Made by a program: the position numbers and the translations under genes. A stretch of DNA of 64,000 bases from Hydrolagus affinis (taxonomy: Eukaryota): positions 62,001-126,000 of the forward strand of contig JAAILG010000178.1 of the NCBI GenBank assembly GCA_012026655.1. Direction: 5' to 3'. Shown here piece after piece: positions 12,601 to 27,600 of the stretch. Each line of letters opens with the position of its first letter. Position 1 is the first letter of the stretch. The notes beneath the pieces were generated by a model. That model was given only the letters and a program-made list of their open reading frames with translations. It had not been told where the DNA came from and ran no database searches.

Positions 12601-15600
12601 AGGCATTATACAAATGTAATTTTGTATTTTATTGTTGCAGTAGCTGTAAGATAGTTTGTGCACGAGAGTCTATATCCTATGCTGGATACAGACTCTTGTG
12701 TATTGGTGAAAGACTGATTCTGTGCTGGGCTAAAGAGGACTATTCCACAGGTTGGAGGCTCGCATGGAGTACAAACACCAGCAATTACTAGTTGGTTGAA
12801 TGGTCTGTTTAAAGATTTACATGTACTGTACTTTGTAATACTATATATGTCGGCTTTTGGGATTGCACAAGAAGAGGCAATCAATGTTTTTTTTTGTCTC
12901 TCACAAAAGCAGAAACCATTTGATCAGATTCAGCGATTCCCTGTTACTCAAATGCAATTGCAACTAATGATATTCCATTGATTGATATTTGGTAGGACGT
13001 TGAATGCAACCATTTCTGGGAGAGTGAACCAGGTATTCCCCACCCAACAACAACAACAACAGCAACTTCTATTTATATGGTGCCCTCCACATCCACGCTC
13101 ATCCATAATGAGCCTCATTATGTTCCACAATTGCCTCACCCCCCCACCCCCAATGACATGCTTATCCCCACCCAAATGTGGGTTCCTAATCATCAAACTA
13201 CAACATTGACCTGATTCCTTGCATCGGGACCACTCTAGCAAGTAAACAAAGGAAGGTGAGCTAAGTTCCACTGAAACCTTTTTCCTTTGGAAACTCAATA
13301 ATGTATTTATCACTTTATCTCCCTCCTCCCCCCACCCCCATCCATTTACCTTTCTTTATCTCTACTCTGTCATGGTTGCTCACCTCCATGAATTCTTGTT
13401 ACAGCTGGCAGGGCAGCTGAACGGCCCAAGGATTCTTCCATGACAGCTGACACCAATGGTGCTCTAAGACTCAACTGACAGAAAGTGCAGTAACTGAGAG
13501 ATGAGACAGTCAAATGTGTCAGAGTGACTTCCCCACCCCCATTTGGCAGCCTGAAGTGTCAGCACTCGGGCCCAGAACCACAGATCTGTGAAGCAGAGGT
13601 TTGTAATGTTTCTGGTGCTGATGGTAACATGAGAAGTCAGCTTCTGCTTTTATTCACAGACATCACAGCCAGTCACCTGTAGGTTGCCAGTTACTCCATA
13701 TAATGGATAACTAGGCGCTGCTCGAAAGAGATTTCGAATAGACATTATATGGAAGTATGACATTGAAGATGTTTTTGGAATCTGAAGACTGACTGCCATT
13801 GTCTCTATTCATATAACTCAAATAAAACAAGAATGTACTTAGAATATGATCATATTGTTATTGTTGCTCATGGTAAAAAAAAGAGTCTCTGAGGTTTTCA
13901 GGATGAACAATAGGACTGTATAAATGGAACAATAACCTACCCTTCACCTTTAAATTGAGTGAAATTGTTGTATTTATCATCAAAGAATTCTGTGTAACAT
14001 TAATTCTTTGTTGCACTTAAAATGGCGCATACCTGGATTCACTTGTCCAAATCCTTCACTCGATGCAAGTTCAGAAGCAAAGTATTCATAATTGTATTTG
14101 TGGATTTTATCTCTGTCCCTTCTTTTATTTGGGAAACCCACGAATAAGTAGAATGAGCTGGAGCCCAGTATAACTCTGTCCTATACAGAGGAAAACAGGA
14201 CTGTGACCTGCTATAATAATAAACTATTATTGTCTTACTATTACAATACCTCAGCTAACATAACTTACAAGTTACTATGTCTATCTGAATTGGTTGAAAA
14301 TATATTATTACATTGAATTATACAAAGATGAAAAACTTCAGTCACCACTTATTCTGCTTCAAGTTGGTCAGTTACTGTATTAATAATAATAATCCTTGAA
14401 TTTGATATAGTGCTTTTCACATCTTCTAGATGTCTCAAAGCGCTTCACAGAATATACTGCAGACTGTAGTAACTGTATAATTGTTGGCAAAACGCAGCAC
14501 AAAATTGCGCACAGCAGTGTGCCACAAAATCGTGGATTTAAATTACCAATTTTTCTTTTTGAGGGATTATTATCAGGGATGTGGAGTAAGGAAAATTACC
14601 CAAGGATTCGCCCTGCCAGGAATTGAACCCAGGTCTCTCGTTTGCAAGGTGAGTGTTCTAACCACTGAGCTACTTGACTCCACCATTTTATCATCAATGA
14701 AATAATAACGCCGCTAGACTCTAGTACAAGTGCATACATTTGAGTGCACATACGCTCAGCAGCAGTCCCTTTGCTGAAAGGAACTTTGCTTTGAATTTAT
14801 TAAAGTTAAAGAATCATGTTATATTCATGTATAACTGCATCTAAGCAAATGCATGTCCATTGCTTACTAAATGACGTAGCTGATATGTTGTTAGAAGTGG
14901 CAAGCCATTGATGATAACTCTGGCTTTGCTTTGGGGCTCAATTCCAACTTTCTGGACAGAAACTGTAAGCACTGCATGTTTATCCAGGATACTGAAAAAT
15001 ACAACGTGTGAAATTTAAAATGAAGTAAATCAACTTTAGCTTAACACACTTTGTACATGTGTCATATGTTCTTAGAGAGTCTGCAAATCTTTCTCAGGAA
15101 AGTGGGTCCATGATTTTTCACAGAAAGTGACCTTGGATTTAATGTCAGCAGTGCTGAAAAAGGAAGATTCTTCCTCACTGAGAAATAGGAAGCTACAGCA
15201 AGTTAACTGGGCTGTGGTTGCACAACAGCTTGCACCCAAGAAAAGACCAGAAACTGGCAGAAGGCTGAGGGATGGTTACGAGCACATAAATCTCGAGTGG
15301 CGAACAGTGTTGGATAAAGAAAGAACATAAGAACAAGAATTAGGACCAGGAGCAGGCCATTCGGCCCCTCGAGCCTGTCCCGCCATTCAATAAGATCATG
15401 GCTGTTCTGACCTAACCCTAATTACCTGCCCTATCCCCATATTCCCTAATCCCTCTATTTTTAAAAACATCTATCAGTCTCAGCCTTGAAAATGTTCAAG
15501 GACTGAGCATCTACAGCCTTCTGGGGTAGTGAAAATTCACTACCCTCTGAGTGAAGAAATGTGTCCTCAACTCTGTTCTAAAAGGCTGACCCTTAATTTT

Positions 15601-18600
15601 AAGCCTGTGACCCCTGGTTATAGATTCTCCTACCAGGGAAAACAGTCCCTCCTTGTCTACTTTATCCAGTCCTTTAAGAATCTTATATGTTTCAATAAGA
15701 TCTCCCCTAATTCTTCTGTACTCTACAGAATACAGCCCTTATTTATTCAACCTATCCTCATAGGTTAGTCCCCTCATACCAGGAACTAACCTAGTGAATC
15801 TGTGCTGCACCAGCTCTAAGGCAAGTATGTCCTTTTTTAAATGAGACCAAAATTGCACACAATACTCTAGGTGCGGTCTCACCAAGCCCCTATACAGTTG
15901 CAGCAAGAACCATGAAGAAAAGCTATGAAGAAAAAGAAAAAAAGATTAATAAACAATGAACTGAAAATCAAAGTGTGATCCATTGCAAATTAGTTGGTCC
16001 AGCAGTTTATTTGTGAAAGTGTGGGATTTTCTACCTAAAGTAAATTTCTCTGTCAACTTTTCTTTAATCCACAAACTGGCCAGGTGGTAGACTAGCTCCC
16101 AGATCTGTTCATTCCATTCTGAGAGAACCTTAGGAACTGTGTGAGAACAGCCTGTGGGGAATCCTTAGTTTGTGGATTCACAATGGTACAGCTGAGATTT
16201 GTGGCTGTCCATGGTGCTAGATGAACCAGTTTCATATCATTCAGAGAAACAATATATTGGAACCTCAACAAGATCTGTCACAGCGATGTGACAGGGCTCG
16301 TTGAAGTTCCAATACACTGTTAAGCAATGTGAGCCAAAGCTCTGGAAGCAATCTAGCCATGTTATTGGAAAATGGATCAACTGTCTTTCCACCTCCTAAA
16401 AAAAGTTTATTCAAAAAGTATAATAAATAAAGGTAAGGATGCTTCTCCTTGTAATCAGTATTTGAAACAAAAAAAGGGAATTCAATGCTGTAATAGCGAG
16501 ACAATCCATATACATTTCATGGCTCAGGCCAAGTTTGTTTGAATCTTAAATTAAGTTTTCCAAACTATTTAGTGCCCACACCATCCAGACTCCAAATGCT
16601 TGCGGCACACTGTATTTCGGGTACTTGGTTCATTACCAGTGAAACCTTTTAGATGGCAAATAATGAGAATTTTCTCACTATCAGTTAGACAGACTGAGCG
16701 ATTTAATCATTGTTTAATGAATTCAACAATAATTAAACCGCTTGATCTGAAAACAATACTGATCTTTATCGGGTTTATCAGGATTGATGTAAATTTGAAA
16801 TTTAACAACTACATCATTAATATGTAATATTACCACAAGCAATATATACCTTTGCTAATTTACAGTTCTATGTATCCTTACAAGTATCAAATAGTGAAGC
16901 TAACTTCCAATTCTTAAATCGTGCTTCAAATGCATAAAACCACTCTCAGACCAGTCTCTTCACAGAAACATTCAGAAGTATCTACTTATCATAGATAGAT
17001 AGATATCTAGCATGCATCTGAGACATGTAGTGAGGTGTCAGAGGCACACTAAGACAAAGGTTGACATTTTGTGGAAGAATCATGCATCACAAAAAGAATC
17101 CTGTATGAAGTAAAGGATCATTAAGCCCTGGGAATAGATGGAAGTAACATCCTACAAAGCCTTGAATTGATTTGTTTTTAATTTAATCATCTTTAAAAGT
17201 CATAGTAAATGCTGATTGACCTTGCTATGTGATTAAGGACTGGAGGGGGCAGATTTGATTGCATGTCATCATTACTTGAAAAAATGAAATGAAATGTAAA
17301 TGATCAAACTTAATCAGTTACTTTAATGGACAATGATTTTTGACACATATGGAGTGCCAAATATGTAAACCTAAATAACTGAGATTAATAGCATACTCTT
17401 GGGGAGAAATCCTATTCTACTCTAATCCTATAGCATTTCAGAGAATGTGGTAAATTGTTGAACTCAATTTGAACTTTGAATCAAAATGGTTTCAAATTGA
17501 AGGTTACATTTAAGAATTTTCCAAATTCTGAAGAAGCTGAAATGCTACACGAAAAAAAACTCTAAACCTGGGTGGAAATTCTCTCAGTTGGTACCTTATT
17601 ACATTTTAAATGCCTTTCTTCTGAACATTTCTGATGAACCTGTGCTCTTCAGAAAGAACAACAGATAAGAGAAACCGGTAATCAGCGTTCACTTACCCAA
17701 GCCCTTTCAGAACAATGTCCTTCTCCACAACGGATGTTCGTCCTATTGTGCAAATGCCTGCAATATTAAAATAATGCTCTGCTTTCAAATGACCAGTGTT
17801 TGCTTGTTGTAGACCATTATTATCCGCTTCATTATAAGCTTCCTGCTCAGCTCTCAGCAAGAAGCCAACTAATTCATTTGCAAATTTCACTCAGCGATAT
17901 GAACCACAGGGAATACATGCAAAAATCATTACAAATAATAAGTTGCAAATCAATGCAATTCAGTTCTCTTTCTTTTAACTGTTTCAGGCATGAACCAAGT
18001 GTTTCAACACAACACACTTGGAGTGTCAAATGCGATAGATTCAAATCTTTTCGCACAGTCATGGGTTTAACCCTCGGTAGCAATTAAATGGAAATGGCAT
18101 AAGATGATTAGACGGTTTGGAAACTGATCAATGTTACTCATTGCACCATTAGTCTTATGTGACGGAATCTGCCTCGTTCTTTGCCCTACCATCTTGAATA
18201 AAGTGTCGAACCACTCCAGACAGTTGTGGGTCTTCATTGACATTCAGCAAATAGGGAAACTCCGACATCATTTTCTCTTCCTGGAAAATAAAAACATGCA
18301 AGTTCACTTCACTCCTACTTTTCTAGATTTTAAGCATTAAAAACAGAAATTAACATGGTTAGTTAGACAGAGGATTATTCAATTATAAAGCATAAAAGTG
18401 AGGAATTATATTGATTTCTAACATTAACTCATTATTATTTAATAGATTTTTAGGTTTATCATCAGAATCTTATTCTCTATAGTTGTCAAAAGAATGTTTC
18501 TGTTTGCTTTTGGGTCACCTAACTGTTATCTTGTTAGCTCAAAGTGGGTGGTAAATTGGGGTAGTAAGTCAGTATTTGAGCAGACATATAAATGAGCAAT

Positions 18601-21600
18601 CCTCCCTGTAACAGTACCTCTTGAAGAATTTTTAAAGCAAATCAGTTCTGCTCCGCTTCACAAATCAGAATTTTTTTCAAAAAGTGCCATTTTGCATTGG
18701 ATTAACATCAATTAAAAGACTGCATGACAATATTAAATGAGATTGAAACCTCTAAGGAAGATATGGATCTAAAACACACTTAATTTAATCAAGCTGCACG
18801 ATTAGGAAAGATAAACAGCAAATCATTGCACTTAGTATCTTAAGCAGAAATTCTTTTTGAAGATTGAATTGCAAAAATCATTTATCTTAAATTAATGCCT
18901 AAAGTTTCATTTCCTCGGAGTGGGGAGGGGGGGTGGGGGGAGATGGTGGTGTGGGGTGGTGTTCCACAGAGCAGAGCCTTTCCCTTCTACCAGGAGGTAA
19001 AGAACTAACGATGATCAAATACTCCTCAGGCAATGCAGGGTATTATAGGATATTGCAGTTCCAGTTAAAATTGGACACATCTCCAAAGTCTAATGGATGA
19101 TTAGCATTCCAATAAGAGCATTGTTAAAATTAATGCATTATTGGGACCTCCAGCACAAGTGGTGAATATCATATTACAGTACAGTATATTGCATTGACAA
19201 AACACACCAAAATACTGCACAAAGTCTCCAATTCGGCTACCAGCTGACAACTGCAATTTTAAACCTTGGAGTCTGAGGAAACTAATGGTTGTAGGATTCT
19301 GGATGTAGCTGCAGAGCAATGTTTGAATCACATTGTCGTTGTGAGTTTGGATAAGGGCCATCTAAGTCTTAATAAACATGTTTGTCTTGATCCTCAATAT
19401 CAGAGGTTGTAAAATAAAATAAACTTAAATGGCCAGTAGACTGTATGAATGGAGAAAAGAAGAGTGAATACCTGAATGATTACCTTTATAATGCTGGAAT
19501 ATTGTTGTTCCCATTCCCTCTTTGCTTCCTCCAACTTCTGTTGCCATGATTTCTGCATTTCTTTTAACCGTGTTTCATTATCGGCAATTAATCTTCTAAG
19601 AGTCTCTAATTTTGAACAACATCATAATTGCCTCTAATTTTTTTCTAGTACTATATTGCCATTAATGAGCACCAGAATAAGATTCACATGACTGGCTGAA
19701 TACAATAGCTGTAGCAGTATATTTAAAGTAAACCTTCAAAAATGCTAAAATGCTTCCAAAGGATTCTGTTTTAATTTATCAGATTAGAAATTCTATGCAG
19801 GGTATAGTTTTCATATGTAATTTCCAGTAATCTTAGGAGAATACAGATCTATTAACCCAAACTATCTGCTGCTGAAGTTCTGTCAGATAGATATCGTACT
19901 TAGTATTGGCAATAATCAGGAAAACAACATTACTGAACGATTTGAACATGCAATCCTGCTCAGCAGAATCTCTTGGAAAATAAGAAAATCACTAATGCTG
20001 CACTTATATTGCACACATGGTGGTGATTCAAGAAGGATAACTCACACAGATGTCCTATCACCTGAAGGAGTTAGTTTCAGGAGCAAGGCAAATGCAAAAG
20101 AAATCAACTGTATGATTAATAAATTTGAACAGCGGTAATATACTTGTCATTGCAATCACGCCATTTGTTACTTCTTGGCTGAGTTTTCAATGTTCAGCAT
20201 GTTGTTACTTAATTGTCAACAGAACATTTCTCACTGACGTGGAGAAAGAAATGAATACCATTTAGAATTGTGAAACGAGGGCAGTGTTAAGCATTAAGAC
20301 ATCCCTAAGTGCATTGTAACGAGTAAAATTGCCATCCAAAACTTTACTAGCACAATAGATATAAAGACATTCACTTATTTACCATTATTTATCATGTCAT
20401 TGGAGTATCTTCGATGCTCACTGATCTAGTAGCACGATATTTTTAATAAACTCTAAAATGTCTCCACAGTAGGTGTCTACCAATTAGCAAGATGAGTATT
20501 ACAATAATAATCCAACCTCTCTCATCCATGTGTTTGTCTCCTGCCTTCTCCAGATCTGTAATTCTTGCCTGCAGCCTAGTATTATCATCGTTTAGATCCC
20601 TGAGAAGCTGTTCAGTTAGGCTTTCATTAATCATTGCTCTGTTCTGGATACTCTTAGCTCTTGTTTTAAAAATAGAGAACACACAAATTATATCTGTATG
20701 TCATTAGCATTTACTCATGTATCATTATAAACCATAACTGTATCATTATGCATAACATAAAGTTATTTTAATATCTCCGAAGTGTCTTGCTTCACAAGAT
20801 AATATTGTTTTGTGGAAGATGGGCATCAGAGAGGATGCTCTGGGGATAGATGTGCCATTTCTGCTGGGAAATTAATATGGAGGAAGATGTCCGTGTCTAG
20901 CTGGAAAGTACAGGTCTTCATTGTGATGACTTTTAATAAAGTTAAATGTATTTTTGTGCTTCTCCACATTAGGTCTCTTCCCTCATCACCTTTTCCAGTT
21001 GCATACTTTCAAACTAGACTCGACAGTCAGAAGAGGTGAGCATAGTAACTGATGCTTGACTGTTGTGAATGAATGGAGATCTCATTACTTAATAATGGCT
21101 TAATAAGTTTTGTTATTGCAGAAATATTTTCAGTACAGGGAGACAAATGGATAAAATGTTGTATATTTCTTTAACCACTTGAGGGGTCGTTCCCAGCTGA
21201 CAAGCCAGATTTGTGTAATAGATTAGATTGTTTGCCATCTCATTCATTTAACAATTGAGTTGTTGAATTCTTGTTTCAAATCCCTCCACTCCTCTGCACC
21301 CCCCTACCTCTCTGACCTCCTCTCTTCTCAAACCAACTCCTGTTGCCTTCTCTCCACTGGGTCTGGCATCCTCCATGTTCCCCGAATCCTCTGCTCCACC
21401 CTCGGCAGCCGTGCCTTCAGCCACTATGCCCCGAGGCTCTGGAATTCCCTTACTCACTACCTTCCCCTTGCCCCCTCTTTTCTCAGTTTCAGGTCCCAGC
21501 TGAAGACCTTTCTCTTCGACCGCGCCCTTGGTCACCTTTCTACCCCTGGCTCGGTCCCAGGATCCGCTATTGTGAAGCGCTCTGAGACGCCGTCCGGTAT

Positions 21601-24600
21601 GGAGGGCGCTATATAAATCTAAGTTGTTGTTGTTGTTGAATCACAAAATTAAAAGCCAATGCAAGAATTAATGTAATGCCTAGTCTTGGAATCAATGTAA
21701 GCATTTCAACACGAGCACTTTCTAATGACAACAATATAGTGAAAGGAAAGAGGACATCTACGTTTACCAAACATCTTTCTCAAACAATACTTTAAAAGAC
21801 ATTAGTTTTGTGAACAGAGTTATACGTCCAGAAGCATAGAAGAAAATAGAAATAAGTAGCAGGAACTGAAGAATCCAGTCTTATTGCAGGATCAGATAGG
21901 AAGGTTCGGAAATAAGCAATCCTTCTTCATTTCCTACCTTTCCGCAAACCGTAATGTTGACATGGTTTCATCATAATTGATGTCTGCTGGACTTATTGTT
22001 GCGATCTGTAAAGCAGGTTTGTGGCAAGCAAACAATAAATTATATAAAATGGATCTAGGATGTATATCATCTGCTGTACTTTGTTTATTTTAGAAGCTTA
22101 ATGATTTCAAAAGTTTTTTTTTAAAAAAACTTTCTCCTCACTGCATGACATCTCACACTACTATGACAAAGAACCCTCACACGTAGTTCATCCACTTTCA
22201 AATCCAATGCAATCCAACATCCACATGTCTCAAATCCAAGAGTAGCAAAAGAGGATGATAATTATTTGAATGTTGAGGAATAAATGTCTAATCTCCGAAC
22301 TGAGATCTCTCCAGGACCTTTGCTGTTACTGAGCAAGCCTGGCAAAGCAAGGGAAACAGCAGCAATCCTTTCCCTGTCCTAAGTCTTTTCTTCTCATTTC
22401 AAAATGTTTTGCAGTTGTCTTTGTCGAAGTCTAATCATTTCAATGTTCCTGGCCATTGTATTGATGCTTTGTTGAAACAGGCTGAAATAATGACACTTCG
22501 ATAAGACTGAAGACAAAATCTGTCACATATCAAAAAGAAACAAGTTTTGCTGTGATTTTTCTGTCTCATAAGATACTCTTTAAGGCAGCACTTAACCTTT
22601 CACCTGTATATAGAAACCTGGAATAAAAAGTGAATCTTAGCTTTTCTGTACCCAATTTTCTCTCTTTCTCTCCTAAAAGGGATGACACATGCTTGAATAT
22701 AGTTTCATATGAGTTGACAGCTCTCCAGTACCTCATCTAAGCTGCCATTCTTCACGGATGAGCTGAGTCAGTGAGTGTAGATAAGCCATCAGATCATAGG
22801 GGACATCACAGATGATCCCAATCTCATCCAATATTCACGAACACGCACACACACAAAAGGTTCCAGAAAACAAAGCTTGATATAATCAGAATTGGGAATA
22901 AAATCTGATATTAATCCTTTCCCTATAAAAATTGTGTATATATAGAGCTCCACCCCTTCATTCTTTTTATTTAAGATCAGCTAATGAACCAGGTCAGAGA
23001 TGGTTAGCCTCCATCTTCTTGTACCACACTGAATGATGCAGATTATCATTCAGTTATTTTTTATTTCCTTGACCTTTTAGCTTCCTGATGGTCCAGTGAT
23101 TTGTCATAAAACCGTCTGATTTTTAAATTTTATTATATCCATTTCCAGTTTAGCAACTTGTGGACTTCAGGGATATGTATGTATGTTGTGATAAAATCAC
23201 TAATTTGTCCCAATCCTATGCACAGATACAATGAGATACAAAGATATCCTTCCCTAGTGAAATTGGCTGTCCATTATGTCCTATTGTGTATGATATTGAT
23301 ATACACAAATGAGGGTACAAAATCATTGCTGAAGGTGAGTGAGAGGCACTTGCACTTTAAGTCACAAACCACAGGACTCCTGTTTGAAAGATTGTGTTAA
23401 GTCACTTGGGTTCACTGGAGCTGAAAGTATAAATGTACTAATTTCCTCTGGCATTTTCTCTTGAGTGGTTTGTAACTTCAGGTACCTAGAATGTATGCAG
23501 CTGAAAGATTTTGTCTTGTCTGAGCTGTAGAGAATCAGTGGGTATTTCTATCAAATGATCAATACTCACCATAACAGTCTTGCTGTTCCCTCCCAGGGCT
23601 GTACTGAGCAGTCTGGTGAGCAGCGAGTTGCGGTAGGGAATATACTGAACTTTTCTTCCAACCGCTTTGTCCGATAAGGCACTGACAATGCATAAAAAAC
23701 AGCACGTAGCTACTTTAAGAATAGGCTCATAAAGATATTAGGTGAGGCTACACTGACATTGTTTACCATTTACAGTATAAAGACCTGTTAGTGCAGAAAG
23801 CGGGCATAAATATTAAAACCGCAGACTGAACTCAAATGCAATATCAGTTTCATTTGCTTTCCGAGGAAAGGTCAGGTTGGGTTAAGCTTACCTAATAACA
23901 TTTCCAAGAGTTGTTAGACTGAGATTGATTGCTCGTGCTTCATTGAATCTGTCAGAAGTGACTCCTGCACTCCGCTGTCTCTCACTACCAGCCAAATCCA
24001 CCAGATCAATTTCCGAATGCTTCATAGTGGGTTGGTCTGCATAAACCTGCTGCGAATACTAAATAGCTGTTAATTTGTTTATGAAACTGGACATCGTATT
24101 AGACTAAAGTACACTTGCTGAGAAGCATCACCACAAAAAAAACGACCAAATTTATCACAAATAAGGCAAAACATAAAAATTATGCAGATGTGCTAAATTG
24201 TGGTGAACAGGTTCTTTCAATGAATGATGAATGATTATTCATCATTTGGCTGAATATGCAAAACTGTGAGTCTTAAAAAATCTCGATGAAGTATTTAAAC
24301 AATCCTTCTGTTCATCTGTTGGAGTAAGATACTTTTCTTCAACAATATTCGATAGAATTCCAAAAGTAAGGCTGTAAGGATTTCCTTTGAACCTACAACT
24401 AAAAGTGTACCCTGCCAAGGCCCAGATGTGTCTGCTACACTGTAATTGTGTTAATGGCCCTGCAGCTACTTTATTCACCAATCCAGAAAAATATATTGCT
24501 TTTCAATAATTTCCCAGGACTGAATCACATGATTCTAATTTAACGTGGATATGGAATAAATTATAAGATAGAAAAAACCTTACAGTTGACAGTTAGCACT

Positions 24601-27600
24601 GTTAGGACATAAATAATGGAGTCAATGGGAGATAATTCACTCGCTTTGTGGCACAGGACAATAACATCTTGGCCTTGGACAGTTAAAGCCACTCTTCTGA
24701 TGGACAGCCAACATTGAGGCATAAATCAGTGCTGATACCTTTGAGAGGGGATCATGCAACACTAGTTTATACCACAGGTTGGGTTTAGGGAGGTGATTTA
24801 TGAAAGGTGGTTCCCGAATCCTTTCACCGGCAACTAAGACTCAAGCACCATCTTATACCTTACCACACATGGGGAAAATAGATTTGCTCTACTTATGCAG
24901 CGTTTCAAAGCATCCAGAATGTGACAAATTCTTAAACACAACCTTACTTTTGAAGACTTTCTGTAAGATCACTTAAGAAATAGAGATAACCAACCTCAAA
25001 GTTAAGTCTGAATTCAATATTTTACTAAATTCTGGATGCTCTAAACAGCCTTGGCCAACATGTGGCCCATGGGGATGTCAAGAAGCGCCCATTCCCTGAA
25101 CATTCACGTAAGTCTTAGGCAAGTTTGTGTTCCATCAGTAGTGTGTTTTCAGCTTCTTCAAGATTCAAGATGACTTCAAGATGACTTTATGACATAAATA
25201 TAGATTTTTCTGTCCCCAACAGAATCTAAGTATTATTTATTATGATGGATATGCAACCAAACAGTCTCGACCTGTGACTTAATCCTAGAATACCTGTCGC
25301 CTACTTTCACTATTACTGCCATTTTATTATTTCATTTATCCCTGTCTCGTTTTAACTGACCCTCTTGTTTTCATTAATTGTATCCATAACTGGCTAATGG
25401 ATAGGATCAAATACCTGACCTGTGAAATGGTCAAGTGTGACTTATAGCGGCATGCAAATTGCATTAAATCACATAAGATATTTTCTTATGATATCTCAAT
25501 ATTTCTTCAAATTTTACCTGCTATTAGATATTCTATTTGGTATCTCACTGGCACGATAGACATTGCATAATGTATTCAATTTTATGAGACATTACATTAT
25601 GTTCATTAGAAGTGATACCACTGGAGGGCTTTTTCCAATGGTAGTGGAGTCTAACATCAAATGTCAGAAGAATTACATGCTCCTCGCTGGTTTCCACTGT
25701 GGGCTTACACCACGTACCTGTTGAAAGCGAATAGTAATCACCATATGAGATCTGCTGCTGGTTGTGTTCCTATTAGTGGCAGCAGTGCTTCGATTTCTAA
25801 TTCCTTGTTCTAGGAAAGCCTCTAGCTGCTTATAACTAGTGCATGGAACTGACTTGAGGCACTCAACATAAAATCCGTGTCTGCCTTCTCGCACACGTAA
25901 ACCGCTGGGCTTTCGAACCTTGGACAAAAGATCTTGAATCTTCAAAATCAAAAGAATATTAATCATTAACACTGTTGGGCAGAAATGGACAGTTAAGATA
26001 TTTCTATAACTGTCACAGCTCATTTAGGTTTACATCAGCCAACCCCGATGGTTCCTTTGTTTGAACTGTCGGCTTTAAAGATCTATACTGAATATTCACA
26101 ACATGCAAGAGAAAAACAGTGTGATTTAATCAAATATTATACAAGGGATAGTCAAATTCAAAGAGGTGTTACATAGCAAAATATTGGATTATGATAGAGA
26201 GGTAATAACAGCTATGCCTGTTATTCTCTCACGTCCTCCCGATGTGAAAGGTGCTCTATAAATGTAAAACAAAAACAGAAGTTGCTGGGGAAACTCAGCA
26301 GGTCAGGCAGCATCCATGGAGAAAGGAAAAGGAAAAGAACAACACTTCTGCTTCGTCGAAGTGTTGTAGACCCGAAACGTTGACTCCTTTTCCTTTCTCC
26401 ATGGATGCTGCCTGACCTGCTGAGTTTCCCCAGCAACTTCTGTTTTTGTTTCAGATTCCCAGCATCTGTAGTATTTTGTGTTTTGCTCTATAAATGTAAT
26501 TTTGTTGTTATTATTGTAGTGGTGAAGTTCCTCTCACAGCAGAATAAAATAAGTATAGCGTGGGAATCATGCCCTAATATTTGCATGTGCTCGCCAGTGG
26601 CCAATTACTGAGTATTGCTGCAGAGATCTAAATGGTGTAACAGACCTAAGGAGATGAAAAATAAATAATTGGGAGGTGATCATGCTTTGTGCAGATTGGG
26701 ATCAGAGAGGGGGTGGATAAGCTTAGAAATATTAACATAAACCATCTAAAAATAATGCTTTCCATTGTTCACATATGCCCCTATTTGTATAATAAAAATA
26801 AAATACTAAATCTGGATTTAGACTTGGGTAAATTGGAATCACATCTGAGTAACTGCATGGAAAAATCAATACACTTACTTGTTCATTGTAGATCTCAAAT
26901 ATACTGAAATAAACCTGCAAGAGTTGACACATAATGAGTTACTGGCACTGTATTAGTGTCAAGTTAAATAAAATATGATGAGGATTCACTGCAAAGGGTT
27001 GTTCCTGCTGCTTACATGAAACTGTTTGTCCTCATTCTGATGCTGCTTAATTCCCTGAAAGAGTTCTTCACAAATCATGGGAACGAGTCCTTTGTTTCCA
27101 CCGTATCCTGTCATTGAATAGCTCTTTCCTGATCCAGTCTGTCCATAAGAAAATAGAGTTGCATTGTATCCTTTCCACGCATTCTCCAAGAGAGCTCTCC
27201 CAAGGTCACTAAAGACACGTTCCTTTGAATAATTATAACGAAAATAAATTCCTCTTCACATTTTCAAAAGCACATCACATTGTATTTTTATTTAACTTTG
27301 GGATAAGGTTTTAATCTAATAATTTAGCAAAGCCACAGTAATATTTCAAGAAACTCTTTGCAATGTTTGCACAAAATCCAATGTAATTATGACAATCAGA
27401 CAAATGTTAACTTTAATTAAGTTTATATTGGGGGAGAGATTAATAGGACTGACCTGTCCCACATATCTGCTGTGATGTCCGTCAGGCATGTAAACCCCTT
27501 GGTCGTTCTCTATATATTCGTCAGTTGACCAGTAGCAATAGTCAAAGAGAAACGTTCTCTTGTTGCTGAAGCTTTTGGGATCCACAATGGTCATACTGTT

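Noticed and set aside
22650-22930. Probable ancient SINE-like repeat remnant (similar texture at ~46260-46430 and ~11880-12020)
   Set aside because: Too degenerate to define family or boundaries from this window alone
26221-26611. ORFs repeated on both strands ([16 protein letters not shown])
   Set aside because: Artefact of the inverted repeat of the Penelope-like insertion
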